Assembly (NCBI RefSeq): GCF_001194135.2
Contig: NC_068985.1
Coordinates: forward strand, 90,598,253 to 90,633,928
Direction of reading: 5' to 3'
From: Octopus bimaculoides
Taxonomy: Eukaryota
DNA: 35,676 nucleotides
Made by a program: the position numbers and the translations under genes. Positions 1 to 11,672 of the stretch are shown piece after piece. How positions within the stretch are numbered: position 1 is the first letter of the stretch; every line of letters starts with the position of its first letter. The notes under the pieces are model-generated. The model was given only the letters and a program-made list of their open reading frames with translations, had not been told where the DNA came from and made no database searches.

Positions 1-1022
1 ATATATATATATATACCTCTATATCTATATATCTATCTTTCTATCTTTCTGCCTAACTAACTCTCTTTCTAGTTATCTAATAGATAGCATTGAAAAATAT
101 GCTATCTATTAACAACTATATAATGAAATATTTAGATTAAGCACCATGTTTATACCTCTCCTGACGATATCATCAATTAGACTATTGCTTCTATGATTTC
201 TGTCTCAAAGACTACTTATATCATGAATGGATTATTCTTATAATTTGTCAGATACTGTATTTCACGAAAAGCGTATTGCAATCAAATAAGACATTGCATA
301 GTTTGCTATGCATTCTTCATACGATTTTGCTTAGAAAAGAATTCTGTTTATATTTAATATTCGTTTATTTGCTGGAGAGCATATGTGCATATGTCTCAGT
401 GTATATGTGAGATATAGATGTGCCATTTGTGATTTCCTTACAGGGAAATTGACTCTATAAATTATCAGATGTTTAAGGAAGGAAGCTTATACTAATAAAT
501 AAAACAAATTATGTAAGCTACATCTTCGAAAGTAACCTTTAGAAAGTAAAGGAGATAAACAGAGTATTACATATAACCGGAAACAAAGAAATATATCTTA
601 TTTATATTTGTGAAATAATATGGAAAACAAAATTTACATTCGCCTGCAGAAAGAGTCTTTAGCAATTGAATTGAAACCATAATAATCTATTTAGCAGCTG
701 CTTAGATTATCCTTTTGTGCATGTTGCCAGTTATCTTATAAACATATTTCGAGAATTCCATCTTTATGTTTGCTGAAGAATCAAGAAACATCACATATAT
801 CTCCTTACAGAATTTAGTTTGAAATATGCTTCTACAATATAAATGCATTTTGTATTTTGAGTTTTTAAAATGTATCTTGATATGTAGATGAAAATTAATC
901 TCAAGAAATGAAAATATACATGTAAAATGAATCTTTGAGCGGGTAGTATATAATTGTACAATTTATCTTTATAATTTTAGCCTTTTTTTTTTTTTAATTA
1001 TATTTGAAATATTTAGGCAAGA

Positions 1023-1385
1023 ATCATGGAGTGGAATTTTCTAAACTTCTACATTAGACATGTTTTTAATGCAGGAACTGGTAGATACTGGCAGCTTCCC
1101 CATATACCACCTTCAAAGTCACAGGCGAAAGCAACCTAATGTAATGATCTGATATTCAGGTTTCCTCAGTTGTTCAACAGCCTAATTAAATAAATCAGAA
1201 ATATTAAAATGAAAAATAACTGGATAAACTCAAACAATGATACCGTGGTAGCCAACCTTTCAATGATACCTCAAAGTAGACAGGCCGCTAGAAACTCACA
1301 TAAAGACCAAATAATAACAATAAATGGACTACGAAACTGGAAGACTATAAATTCAGGCGGTGCTCGAGCATGAGTACAGCGCCTG
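1023..1385 (+). mobile_element. Decayed 3' end of a CR1-group LINE
   Basis: Manual translation IMEWNFLNFYIRHVFNAGTGRYWQLPHIPP..*CNDLIFRFPQLFNSL parallels the C-terminus of the LINE at 32634-33537 (ILERMAPIFVIESYTRAPIGRHC). It ends with the same tail motif, GGCGGTGCTCGAGCATG (1356-1372). Confidence 0.65.
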
Positions 1386-2367
1386 TGCTTCAATAATTAA
1401 ATAGGAACATAAATTAGTAACTGACATATCGATATTTAGCTCTTATTGCCGTACTCAATGGTTTCTATTACATTAAGAAATGCCCCTTATTGCCGTACAC
1501 TATGACGTTACGTACCTTATTACCGTACTCTATGGCATATTTTACATTTAGAAATGCATGAAGAGTGCATTATTGCGTGAACTATTGTTGATGACAGTCT
1601 TATACAACACTCAGTAGTGCTTCGGGTTTCGAACACCTCTGATCACAAACAACTCGAGCTTTATCTCCAATATTACCGTAATGAGATGACCGAAGCAAGT
1701 AGAATACTAAAAGAATGATATTGAGAGTATGATTAACCACTTAAAATCAATATCTTCAAAAGATGTACCTGAAGCAGGAAAAAAAAAACAAAGAACAGGA
1801 CTGATATTTCGATTAAAGTATTCCCTGGTGCCCGATTCGTCACGTAATGACTCTCCCAGGACAAAAAGATACGATTTAACACCTGAATTCATACCAAGTG
1901 TCTTGCAAAACAAAATAATAAATACACGCACACACACACACACACACACACACTCACGGGCGCATATATATATANNNNNNNNNNNNNNNNNNNNNNNNNN
2001 NNNNNNNNNNNNNNNNNNNNNNNNNNNNNNNNNNNNNNNNNNNNNNNNNNNNNNNNNNNNNNNNNNNNNNNNNNNNNNNNNNNNNNNNNNNNNNNNNNNN
2101 NNNNNNNNNNNNNNNNNNNNNNNNNNNNNNNNNNNNNNNNNNNNNNNNNNNNNNNNNNNNNNNNNNNNNNNNNNNNNNNNNNNNNNNNNNNNNNNNNNNN
2201 NNNNNNNNATATATATATATATACAGGCTGCTATGAATAGACGGTCGTCTAAATTATGCAAATATGAAAATAACACTAACATTACATTTTAACAGATATA
2301 TTTACCAAAATTACACAAAGAATATCTTGAAATATTACAGAAATACTAAATCGCCATTGGCTTCAGC

Positions 2368-2554
2368 TATTTCCAGCAGCTACCCTTTCGAGCCAGGGTA
2401 GCACTACCTCCTCCAGGCACTAGATGTAGGCCTCCGTATTGAGTATCTGACCGTGTGGGAACATGAATGGAATCATAACGTCATCATCACTAGTGATTAT
2501 TTCAAACACAATGAAGTTGACTAGATGTTTGATTTTTATCACTCTTGGCACATG
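2368..2554 (-). mobile_element. Tc1/mariner-superfamily transposase fragment (maT/DD37D-like), pseudogenised
   Basis: Manual translation HVPRVIKIKHLVNFIVFEIITSDDDVMIPFMFPHGQILNTEAYI*CLEEVVLPWLERVAAG matches the pattern KHP..MV.G.ITSDG.VMPP..F..GL..NTE.Y...LEEVVLPW that precedes the second catalytic Asp. There is a stop at 2420-2422. No TIRs found. Confidence 0.8.
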
Positions 2555-2779
2555 TCCTCTGATTCCACTGTCCTGCAATTGACACCCACACACTCTGATA
2601 TGTTAGTATTGGATCTACCGTTCCGAATGTACAGAATGTCATTTCTAAATCTATGGCAGGCTGAATTGCGTCAATGTGTTGTTTTTCTCACAGCCGGTGC
2701 CCAATTGAACCTACTATACTGTATAGTCGACAAAATCAAATACAAACTATGCGAATGGGTGAAATCAAACATATTAAAT

Positions 2780-3640
2780 GGTGAAGACAGGTGTATGAAC
2801 AATAAGTTGGTGTATGATTTTCACGCTTTGGAAAGTGAGAGTCTTTCACGTTTCGAACCACTGCTCAAGAGAAAGAAAAAATAAAGAGTGAGAAAAGAAA
2901 AAAAAACTTGTGGATGTAACGATCAAGCATGGCGATTTGTTGAGAGAAAAAAAGGTTTGACAGGAGAGGTAGAAAGTAGAAGAGATAGTAAAGTATTGAT
3001 GAAACCAAAGCGGAGGTGTGCGTTCGTTTTTTTTGTGTATGTGTGTATGTGAATAGGGGCCAGTGACTTCGACGTATTGTGGTGTGTGCGTGTGTAAGTG
3101 TGTCCTTTCGGGTGTGGGGGTTGAATGGTGGTTGGAGGAGGGAATCAATGAAGAGAAAAGGTGTGTAGGAGTGAAGAGTGGAAGTAAGTGCCAAAAGAAT
3201 AGAGGAAAGGAGAGGTGGGTAGAAATGAAAAGAAGAGAGGAGTGGAGTCAGATGAAGTGAAAGGGGAGTTGAGCCAACGTGCCGCAATGGAGCAAAAGGA
3301 GAAAATTAATTACTGTTCACGATGAAGGCGGGAGTTCGGATGGCTCGTGGGCAAAAATAATTTGAACAGAGACAGGTGTTCTAGTGAATGACAGGTAGAG
3401 CGGAAATGGGCGAGAGCGTAGTGTCATAGCAGAGTCTGAAGTGTCAGAGGTGCTCCCGAATCGGTCAGCTTAGCGTCATCCCGTTTGACCAATGTACAGA
3501 GGAGGACACAAAGAGCAGGGCATGCAGTAAATCATATTGCTAGACGTTCAGGCAAGACAGTCGATGATATGATAGAGACGAAGATGCGTACGTGTGAGGA
3601 TGGTGGGGTTGGAGAGGTTAGGGACAGTCTATGTATGTAT
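2780..3640 (-). mobile_element. Old Penelope-like element 3' remnant (GIY-YIG endonuclease end, pyrimidine-rich 3' UTR, terminal unit)
   Basis: Translation TSSNMIYCMPCSLCPPLYIGQTG*R*ADRF..EHL (NMIYC 3524-3538, YIGQTG 3480-3496) is followed by HF..TCHSLEHLS...SRLHREQ*LIF, a typical PLE GIY-YIG C-terminus. Downstream are a C/T-rich UTR and the hammerhead-like terminal motif at 2842-2876. Confidence 0.8.
2842..2876 (-). ncRNA. Degenerate hammerhead-like motif (probably inactive)
   Basis: Minus strand reads TCTTT CTCTTGA GCAGTGGTTC GAAAC GTG AAAGA. Stem I is retained, but G5 is changed to C, stem II is broken and the triplet is GUG. Confidence 0.4.
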
Positions 3641-3685
3641 GAACCTATATATATTCGCACTTTTTCTTCTGCATTTTAACCGCAA

Positions 3686-4440
3686 GAGCTGCAGGCATGC
3701 TTGGGTATCAGTATTTCCCTTGCTATACTTTAACTAAATTTTCTCTCATGTGTGGCAGTTAGTGAATGATGAAGTTTGATGTTGCTGCCCTCATCTGCGT
3801 TCCTTGCAATGTTGTAGATTCATCGGGAACAGTTGACAGGAGGACATCCTGTTTTGATTTACAGTAGCCTACGTCTGATACAAGATTTTCTAAGACTTTA
3901 AAGCCATACGTTATTGCGTATCTTTCCTAACTTCGTCTAGGGAGTAGAATCTTCAGTTTTTAAGTTTTTCTCAGTTACTGACATGTCGCATTCAGACGAT
4001 CTACTTTGTGCAGCTGTGTTGGATTGCTTCGATTTCGAATGTTAATTTTTTTACACTGTGTGGTGACCAAAGCTGGGAGAAGGAAACCAAACACTTAGGA
4101 ACTGCTTTCCAAAGGACTATTCTGATTCCTGTTCTGTCCGTCTGAATATTTGAAGTATCCATTCGGTCAACCGTCTGCATTTCATTGCCGTGTGAAATGT
4201 ACCTGAAATGATGCATTATTGCCCGTGTCGATGCACATGCCATGCACCGATTTTGATTCAGGGATTACAATCCCTCCGGTTCTTCACGTGTTGGTAGCAC
4301 AGGGCTTTGAATTTCCCAGCATTAAACAGAATATTATTTTCCTCAGCAGACCTGTACATTGTATCCAAATCCCGCTGCAGAGCTGCAATGTACCCAGGGT
4401 TCTGTATCTTAGGAGAGAGAAGTGTCCCATCTGCAGATAT
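3686..4440 (-). mobile_element. CR1-group LINE fragment (RT motif C to 3' tail), decayed
   Basis: Translation SADGT (degenerate YADD)...ALQRDLDTMYRSAEENNILFNAGKFKAL...SQLWSPHSVK..EIEAIQHSCTK..., C-terminal LSTVPDE.TTLQGTQMRAATSNFII, and tail GATACCCAAGCATGCCTGCAGCTC (3686-3709). Multiple stops and frameshifts. Confidence 0.85.
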
Positions 4441-4629
4441 TTATTTGTAACTGTCTGTGTGACTGCGCACGTGTGTGTATATATATTTCTGACACTCTGT
4501 CTCGCCATCCATCTGTTCCTAACTCTTTCTTTATCTGGGTATCTATTTTTCTACTAACGTATCCCTTTCTTTCCATGAAATAGCTACATTCCTGTGAAAT
4601 AGCTATCCCAACTCCCATCTCCCTCTGAT

Positions 4630-4769
4630 TCTTTTCTTTTATTCCGTTCTGTTGAAGAACACGGGCTCGAAACGTAACAGTCCTTTCCCTTTTCCCGAGC
4701 GTTAAACTAATACACTTGCTGGGTGTTCATATATGTCTTCGTCTTTTGTTTTTCTATAAATTGGAACCA
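4630..4769 (+). mobile_element. PLE terminal unit, diverged copy, with degenerate hammerhead-like motif at 4644-4680
   Basis: CTGTTGAAGAACACGGGCTCGAAACGTAACAG...TTCCCGAGCGTTAAACTAATACA aligns by eye with 10381-10450 and 16251-16320. It is followed by (TG)n(TA)n and a gap. Confidence 0.65.
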
Positions 4770-6059
4770 TATGTGTGTGTGTGTATATATATNNNNNNNN
4801 NNNNNNNNNNNNNNNNNNNNNNNNNNNNNNNNNNNNNNNNNNNNNNNNNNNNNNNNNNNNNNNNNNNNNNNNNNNNNNNNNNNNNNNNNNNNNNNNNNNN
4901 NNNNNNNNNNNNNNNNNNNNNNNNNNNNNNNNNNNNNNNNNNNNNNNNNNNNNNNNNNNNNNNNNNNNNNNNNNNNNNNNNNNNNNNNNNNNNNNNNNNN
5001 NNNNNNNNNNNNNNNNNNNNNNNNNNNNNNNNNNNNNNNNNTGTGTGTGTGTGTGTGTGTGTTTATTTACATGTGTATATGTACGTGTGTGTACAAATAT
5101 ATGCTTAGCCAGTATATTTGCCTTTACAATTAAAGAGGTAAGCAGCTGCGTATCATTATCTTATAATTGATACTAATTTAGTCAAATCCTCAACGTCGGA
5201 AATATGGTTGCCATGATATAATTAATACAAATTAATATTGGCTACTTAAAAATACACCGAGAGTCATATACAGAAATTTGTATTACAATGCAATATAAAT
5301 GAAATTTTAAAAATACACTAATGCTCACATGTATTCAAAACATTTAGTTTTTACATTACGTTTAATTTAATACCTGTCGTACTTCGCTTTCGAAAAAGGA
5401 GGCTTCCATATTTTTTTTTCCCAGCTATCACAGTCTCGCTTACCAGAAAGCTATATATACTTACTTACAAACTTATATACATAAGTGCATACGTATATAC
5501 ACGCTGTCCTGCGAAATAATTTAAATATTTCAATACTTACCTGTACGCGTATATCTACATATATAAAAAATTATGTATGTATCTAGAAAAATGTCTTCGT
5601 CTAAATGACCTCGGCTAAACTTCCACGATAATGATTTGTATTGCAAATAATTATCGTTATTTACCTCATATATTTATATATGATTCCTTCATAACATCAT
5701 ATTTACATCAACTTATGTTAGCATAAAATATTAATAACATTTTTCTAATTCTTGCCATGCATTTAGCTAGTCTGAAACGAAAAATATTGGAAAAACTTTA
5801 CTTTCCATTTTAGTAAAAACTAACATGATCAGAATACTATACTTCATTATAACACCGTTATTTCCAAATGTATTAGCTTAAATCTTACATTGTGGTACAG
5901 AAAACTTCCTGTATGAAAAATCGTGATCACATCCATATTAGGTCAAATATGTCAGTATAATAAATATAGGAAATTATACTGAATACAGTAATGTGGTTTA
6001 TTATACGCATTCGCCAATAAGTTATTTTGTTGCAAAGATGTCATTCTGAATTTGATTTC

Positions 6060-6226
6060 AGATTTTTCGATAAGGGGACCATATTCGAACTAGTGGGTGG
6101 TACTCAATTAATACTTATTTTATAGACCAATGAAATGATAAACGGCACAGTCGAACTCGGTAAAACATGACCTCAAAACCTAAAAATGGATGAAATGCAG
6201 CCAAACGTTTTACCCGTCGCGCTAAT
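6060..6226 (-). mobile_element. tRNA-type SINE family A, decayed copy
   Basis: Reverse complement aligns by eye with copies at 6260-6476, 26871-27000 and 29015-29222, including the CATTTCATTGGTCTATAAAATAAGTA central motif. Confidence 0.6.
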
Positions 6227-6259
6227 CATTCTCCCTGTTGATCGTTTTTAAGAACAGTT

Positions 6260-6476
6260 TTAATATTGGCTTCAAATTTTGGCATCAGGAAAGCATGTTT
6301 GGGCGAGGGTGGGGAAACGATTACATCGACCTCAGTCATCAGTCTCAAGATATCGACAAAATTGCTCAATTTCTGTATCACGAACTGATTAAAGCAAAGT
6401 CGACGTAGGCGAAATATGAACTGAAAAAGTCCAGATGGACGAAATGCCGATACGCATTTTGCACGGCCTTCTAAAT
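6260..6476 (-). mobile_element. tRNA-type SINE family A, near full-length copy
   Basis: Reverse complement has AAATGCGTATCGGCATTTCGTCC..TTCAGTTCATATTTCGCCTACGTCGACTTTG, then GAGGTCGATGTAATCG and the tail TGCCAAAATTTGAAGCCAATATTA. The layout matches 29015-29222. Confidence 0.7.
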
Positions 6477-7681
6477 ATGTATANNNNNNNNNNNNNNNNN
6501 NNNNNNNNNNNNNNNNNNNNNNNNNNNNNNNNNNNNNNNNNNNNNNNNNNNNNNNNNNNNNNNNNNNNNNNNNNNNNNNNNNNNNNNNNNNNNNNNNNNN
6601 NNNNNNNNNNNNNNNNNNNNNNNNNNNNNNNNNNNNNNNNNNNNNNNNNNNNNNNNNNNNNNNNNNNNNNNNNNNNNNNNNNNNNNNNNNNNNNNNNNNN
6701 NNNNNNNNNNNNNNNNNNNNNNNNNNNNNNNNNNNNNNNNNNNNNNNNNNNNNNNNNNNNNNNNNNNNNNNNNNNNNNNNNNNNNNNNNNNNNNNNNNNN
6801 NNNNNNNNNNNNNNNNNTATATATATACGTACATACATACATGCATACATGCATAATACATACACACACATACATACACACACACATACATACACACACA
6901 CATATACACATTCATATATATATATATGCACATACGTATATGCGCACATGCACAAACATTAACATGTGCACATGGCAATTTACCAAATGTTTTTGGCAAA
7001 CCAGTAATTATCTACACTAAACTCTTCTGTGAGGCGTGGTTTGGCAACAACCACCAGAACACGTGACAACTCGTTGTGAGGAATCTCTACAACCATATAG
7101 TAAATGCAACGTAGAAAACCTGAACAATATTTTATACATGTGCGCATGTTTCAGAGAGTCCACTAGTGTGATGATGAAAATAAGCGCATAAAGCTCATAT
7201 TATTTCTGCCATGAGATCTACATAAATACCCCTTTGAAATGGAAATTCATTGGATTCATATAAACTCTTACATCAGTCATGTGGAAGAAAATCAGGGAAA
7301 TGAAAAGTATATGATGGATTGAATTTCTTTCTGATCTTTCAACAGCCTCGGAAGGGGAAAAGAAAAACGGTATTAAGAATATTTAACATCTCATAAATCA
7401 AGTTTGCTGTCCAAGCTTAATTCTTCCTGTTTCAATTAGTGATGCGGTTGTCAAAGGAATTAAGATTAAAACTAGATATAACTAGTTTCTTCTATAAAAT
7501 AATGTCCAGTCGTTTATAGATTTTTTTATAGGAATATTAAAAGAGAGCAGGAATAGCATGTTGGATATTTGGTATAGGCTTTTAACGGATATGCGATACA
7601 ATGATACCAATTTCATAGACTGAAGGGATACATCTATTGATTTTACTAACGGAATGGTCGTGGATGTCACATTTGGTAACT

Positions 7682-7800
7682 CAGGTGTGGCTGTGAGGTG
7701 ACAAATTTATTTCTTGGTTCAATCCCATTCTGTTGCACATTCGGTACGTGTCTTCTCTATGGTTTCGAGCCGACCAAGTCCTTCTGAGTGGATTCCCTAG
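7682..7800 (+). mobile_element. SINE family B, 5' (tRNA-like) half
   Basis: GGTGTGGCTGTG..GGTTCAATCCCA (B-box-like)..GTGTCTTCT.CTATGG..GAGCCGACCAAG.CCTT.TGAGTGGATT is similar to the head of the copy at 20360-20460. Confidence 0.6.
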
Positions 7801-7857
7801 TATGCAATATGTCTGTGTTTAATTGTTTGCTTGTGTGTGTGGTGGTGGGGGGTGTAC

Positions 7858-8980
7858 TTGTTCCATTCATTTGAGTACGGCCGGCCATGATGGAGCACCG
7901 CCTTTAGTCGAACAAATCGAACTTATTCTATTGGTCACTTTTGACGAACCTCTAAGTTACGGGGACGTAAACACACCAGCAGCCGTTATCAAGCGATGTT
8001 GGTGGGACAAACACAGACACACAGATATTCATATATATATATATATATATATATATANNNNNNNNNNNNNNNNNNNNNNNNNNNNNNNNNNNNNNNNNNN
8101 NNNNNNNNNNNNNNNNNNNNNNNNNNNNNNNNNNNNNNNNNNNNNNNNNNNNNNNNNNNNNNNNNNNNNNNNNNNNNNNNNNNNNNNNNNNNNNNNNNNN
8201 NNNNNNNNNNNNNNNNNNNNNNNNNNNNNNNNNNNNNNNNNNNNNNNNNNNNNNNNNNNNNNNNNNNNNNNNNNNNNNNNNNNNNNNNNNNNNNNNNNNN
8301 NNNNNNNNNNNNNNNNNNNNNNNNNNNNNNNNNNNNNNNNNNNNNNNNNNNNNNNNNNNNNNNNNNNNNNNNNNNNNNNNNNNNNNNNNNNNNNNNNNNN
8401 NNNNNNNNNNNNNNNNNNNNNNNNNNNNNNNNNNNNNNNNNNNNNNNNNNNNNNNNNNNNNNNNNNNNNNNNNNNNNNNNNNNNNNNNNNNNNNNNNNNN
8501 NNNNNNNNNNNNNNNNNNNNNNNNNNNNNNNNNNNNNNNNNNNNNNNNNNNNNNNNNNNNNNNNNNNNNNNNNNNNNNNNNNNNNNNNNNNNNNNNNNNN
8601 NNNNNNNNNNNNNNNNNNNNNNNNNNNNNNNNNNNNNNNNNNNNNNNNNNNNNNNNNNNNNNNNNNNNNNNNNNNNNNNNNNNNNNNNNNNNNNNNNNNN
8701 NNNNNNNNNNNNNNNNNNNNNNNNNNNNNNNNNNNNNNNNNNNNNNNNNNNNNNNNNNNNNNNNNNNNNNNNNNNNNNNNNNNNNNNNNNNNNNNNNNNN
8801 NNNNNNNNNNNNNNNNNNNNNNNNNNNNNNNNNNNNNNNNNNNNNNNNNNNNNNNNNNNNNNNNNNNNNNNNNNNNNNNNNNNNNNACTTCTGTTATATA
8901 TACTTCTTTCTGTTTCGGTTTATATATATACAAACATTTATGTATAGGTTTGAACCCGGAACCATGTGGCTGGGAGTGGA
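7858..8980 (-). mobile_element. SINE family B copy with an internal microsatellite spanning an assembly gap
   Basis: Head fragment TGAACCCGGAACCATGTGG (8951-8969) and the remnant CCGAAACAGAAAGAAG (reverse complement, ~8900-8920) lie right of the gap. The 3' half (GTTTGTCCC..GGTGTGTTTACGTCCCCGTAACTTAG..GTTCGACTAAAGGCGGTGCTCCATCATGGCC) is at 8025-7858. Confidence 0.7.
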
Positions 8981-9617
8981 TAAGTTATACGGATTTTTAT
9001 GATGTTTTGAATAAAATCATCAAATACATATCGTACTGGTTTCGATGAAAACACTTTCGAGAAGCATACTACTGGGGGAAAATAATTCCTAAAGTTTTCA
9101 ATGAAATGACATTGCTGTCACTGCTAGGAAATTTCTTGTTAACGTATTAAAGCGAATACCCAGTTTGAATAAATGATGAGTAGATCATATATTTCGATCG
9201 ATAAAAACCTTATTCTTTTATCATTAAAGCAAAATATGATTAGAAAGTGTACCCACGGTCGGAAGCGTACCAAATTCTCATGAACGTAGTTATGTAACAC
9301 TTATCCATATAATTACAGTCTAAAAATAAATTTCAGTGCGATATTAGTAAAATACATACGCGTTGTTCACAATTCATATAATATCCAAATTAATTCTGAG
9401 AATACTGTGCATGATTTTCGTCACCAAGTATAAGTGTTATTAAGTTCCTATTTGAAAAACATTTTTCGAAATCGTGTGTAAATTATGCTCATACTGTAGA
9501 ACTGTGGTACTGAAATTCAAATATATTTATTGATACTGAATGATAGCTCAGTTATGTTCTGGAGGAAAACGTCTTATCAAATGTGTTAGAGTTATAGTAA
9601 TTAAGCATATCATTGAA

Positions 9618-9943
9618 GGCCCATATTTCAGTGGGCAGAGCATTCCGCTGAGAGTGAGGAGGAAGGGAGTTCGATTCCCGGATCGGACTGTGTATTGTAT
9701 CCTTGAGCAACACACTTCATTTAATGTTGCTACAGTTCACTCAGCTATTGAAATCAGCTGCAACGTCACTGTTTCCAAGCTGTATCGGCCTTTGCCGTTC
9801 ACTTGGAAAACACCAGGGGAGGGGAGATGGGACGCTGGTATGCATGAGCTTCCATACAAAATCTCACCCAGAGTTTTGCCTCGGATGGAAACTTTCTAGG
9901 TGCAATTCCATGCTCACTCATGGTCGAAGCGGGTCTTCACACC
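9618..9943 (+). mobile_element. tRNA-derived SINE family C, near full length
   Basis: A-box-like TTCAGTGGGCAGAGC and B-box GAGTTCGATTCCC (9667-9679) are followed by TATCCTTGAGCAACACACTT..CAGTTCACTCAGCT, a body common to invertebrate tRNA SINEs. No acceptor stem is seen. Confidence 0.75.
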
Positions 9944-10034
9944 ATCTAAATGTTATGCCCTGCAACACACTATCTAAATATTGGGCCCTGCATAAAATGT
10001 TTAATAAATGTATATGTATGGACGGGCTATCCTG

Positions 10035-10266
10035 AATACGACTGTCAACAAATTACATCGACCTCCATGTTTACCTGTTACTTATTATATCGACCCAGAA
10101 ATAGAATTCGGACTGAGAATGTAAGAACGTGCTAAGTATTTTGTTTGGCTTGATAACTATTCTAGAATCCTGCCGCTTTGAAACAAAAGCACGTGTCGAT
10201 CTTAGTGGAATTTGAACTACGAAAGTAAGAACGGTTTCACTAACGATTCTGCCAGATCACCACCCA
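10035..10266 (-). mobile_element. Two adjacent decayed SINE family A fragments (~10035-10178 and ~10185-10266)
   Basis: Reverse complement contains CTGGCAGAATCGTTAG..GTTCAAATTCCAC and GGGTCGATATAATAAGTAAC..GGTCGATGTAAT, motifs shared with the other family A copies. Confidence 0.6.
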
Positions 10267-10315
10267 CAGACACGTATTCATAAATACATAAACATACACA
10301 CACACACACACACAC

Positions 10316-10510
10316 TGATAGATCGCTGACCAAAACATAAAATGTTTTTCTTCGTGTTTTTCTCCTTGTTTTCTCCGTATTCTTTCTGTTGAAGAGCGTA
10401 GCTCGAAACGTTAAAGACTCTCTCTATTCCCGAGCGTTAATCTAATGCATCCTTTTCTTGTTTACACCACCTGTCATCGTCTGGTGTTGTTTTTATCGTA
10501 AATTCTCCCA
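10316..10510 (+). mobile_element. ~195-bp PLE terminal (pLTR-like) unit between (CA)n and (TA)n
   Basis: Closely similar to 16185-16378. Both end in TTCTCCCA followed by TA repeats. Confidence 0.75.
10381..10417 (+). ncRNA. Minimal type-I hammerhead ribozyme-like motif, GUU triplet
   Basis: TCTTT|CTGTTGA|A|GAGC-GTA-GCTC|GAA|AC-GT|T|AAAGA. Stem I is TCTTT/AAAGA, stem II is a 4-bp hairpin and stem III is palindromic ACGT. Confidence 0.6.
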
Positions 10511-11672
10511 GATATATATATANNNNNNNNNNNNNNNNNNNNNNNNNNNNNNNNNNNNNNNNNNNNNNNNNNNNNNNNNNNNNNNNNNNNNNNNNNNNNN
10601 NNNNNNNNNNNNNNNNNNNNNNNNNNNNNNNNNNNNNNNNNNNNNNNNNNNNNNNNNNNNNNNNNNNNNNNNNNNNNNNNNNNNNNNNNNNNNNNNNNNN
10701 NNNNNNNNNNNNNNNNNNNNNNNNNNNNNNNNNNNNNNNNNNNNNNNNNNNNNNNNNNNTATACAGTTGTAAAGCTAAGGGTTAGTTCTGATTGTGTTTT
10801 TTCATAGATTTATTGACGTGTTATGAAAATAATCATCCATCACAAAGACACAGAGCGAAGAATTTTAGCGGAGCTTGATCGAGTTTATCAGCTGCAAACT
10901 TAATCGCAGCTATATCTACCAAGTGTGAACGAGAAAACTTGCAAATTTGAACTCTCCATTGATTTAGCTCAATCTACATCGCAAAAGGAATGTTGCGAGG
11001 GCTTCTACCTTACGTTTGAACGATTCTGCATATTAGTCTACGTATCAACTGTACAAATAACGGGAGAAACTTCAACCGTTTTTATACATTGAATATAATT
11101 CTTCCTTTCCTTATGAAACGCTTTCTCAAAAACATTAACGCCTTTCGTCTGTATGATATCTAATAAGGCGTGCTGGAAGTTTACCAATGTCGAATAATAG
11201 AGAAGCAAACATTCAGTCGTATTATTTTATTAGATTTTCTCCGATAAGTAACTCTAATGACAGTTGTTATCAATAATAGTCAGCCAAAGTTATGGCATTC
11301 TTACTTATCTTTGCTATATTTATACCAATTAAAGAGTAAATTCGTCTCTTGGCGACTAATGGAAGTCTTATCGGTGGTAACATGAACATAATTTTGCATT
11401 ACATTACACGTGTCAATGTTAATATGTTCATTTTTTTGTATACCTTTCCAGCAACTGTTATATTTATTTTCTAAAATAAAATATTTCTATACTATCCACG
11501 ACATTAATATATATAATGTATATTCAAAGATCTGCATTTGCAGCGGTGATATTAAATTATAACATTTTAGAGGAAAATAAGACGGTTACGATGCACACAC
11601 TCACACACATATATATATAGATAAATTTATTTCCTCAAAACTATACACATATATATATGTATATATAAGTAT

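Noticed and set aside
1442-1645. Three CTTATT(G/A)CCGTAC repeats and a minus-strand B-box-like GTTCGAAACCC
   Set aside because: Degenerate local duplication with uneven spacing, probably a decayed SINE. Not a CRISPR-like array.
9618-9690. tRNA-like A/B boxes suggesting a tRNA gene
   Set aside because: No acceptor stem or cloverleaf, and it continues into a SINE body.
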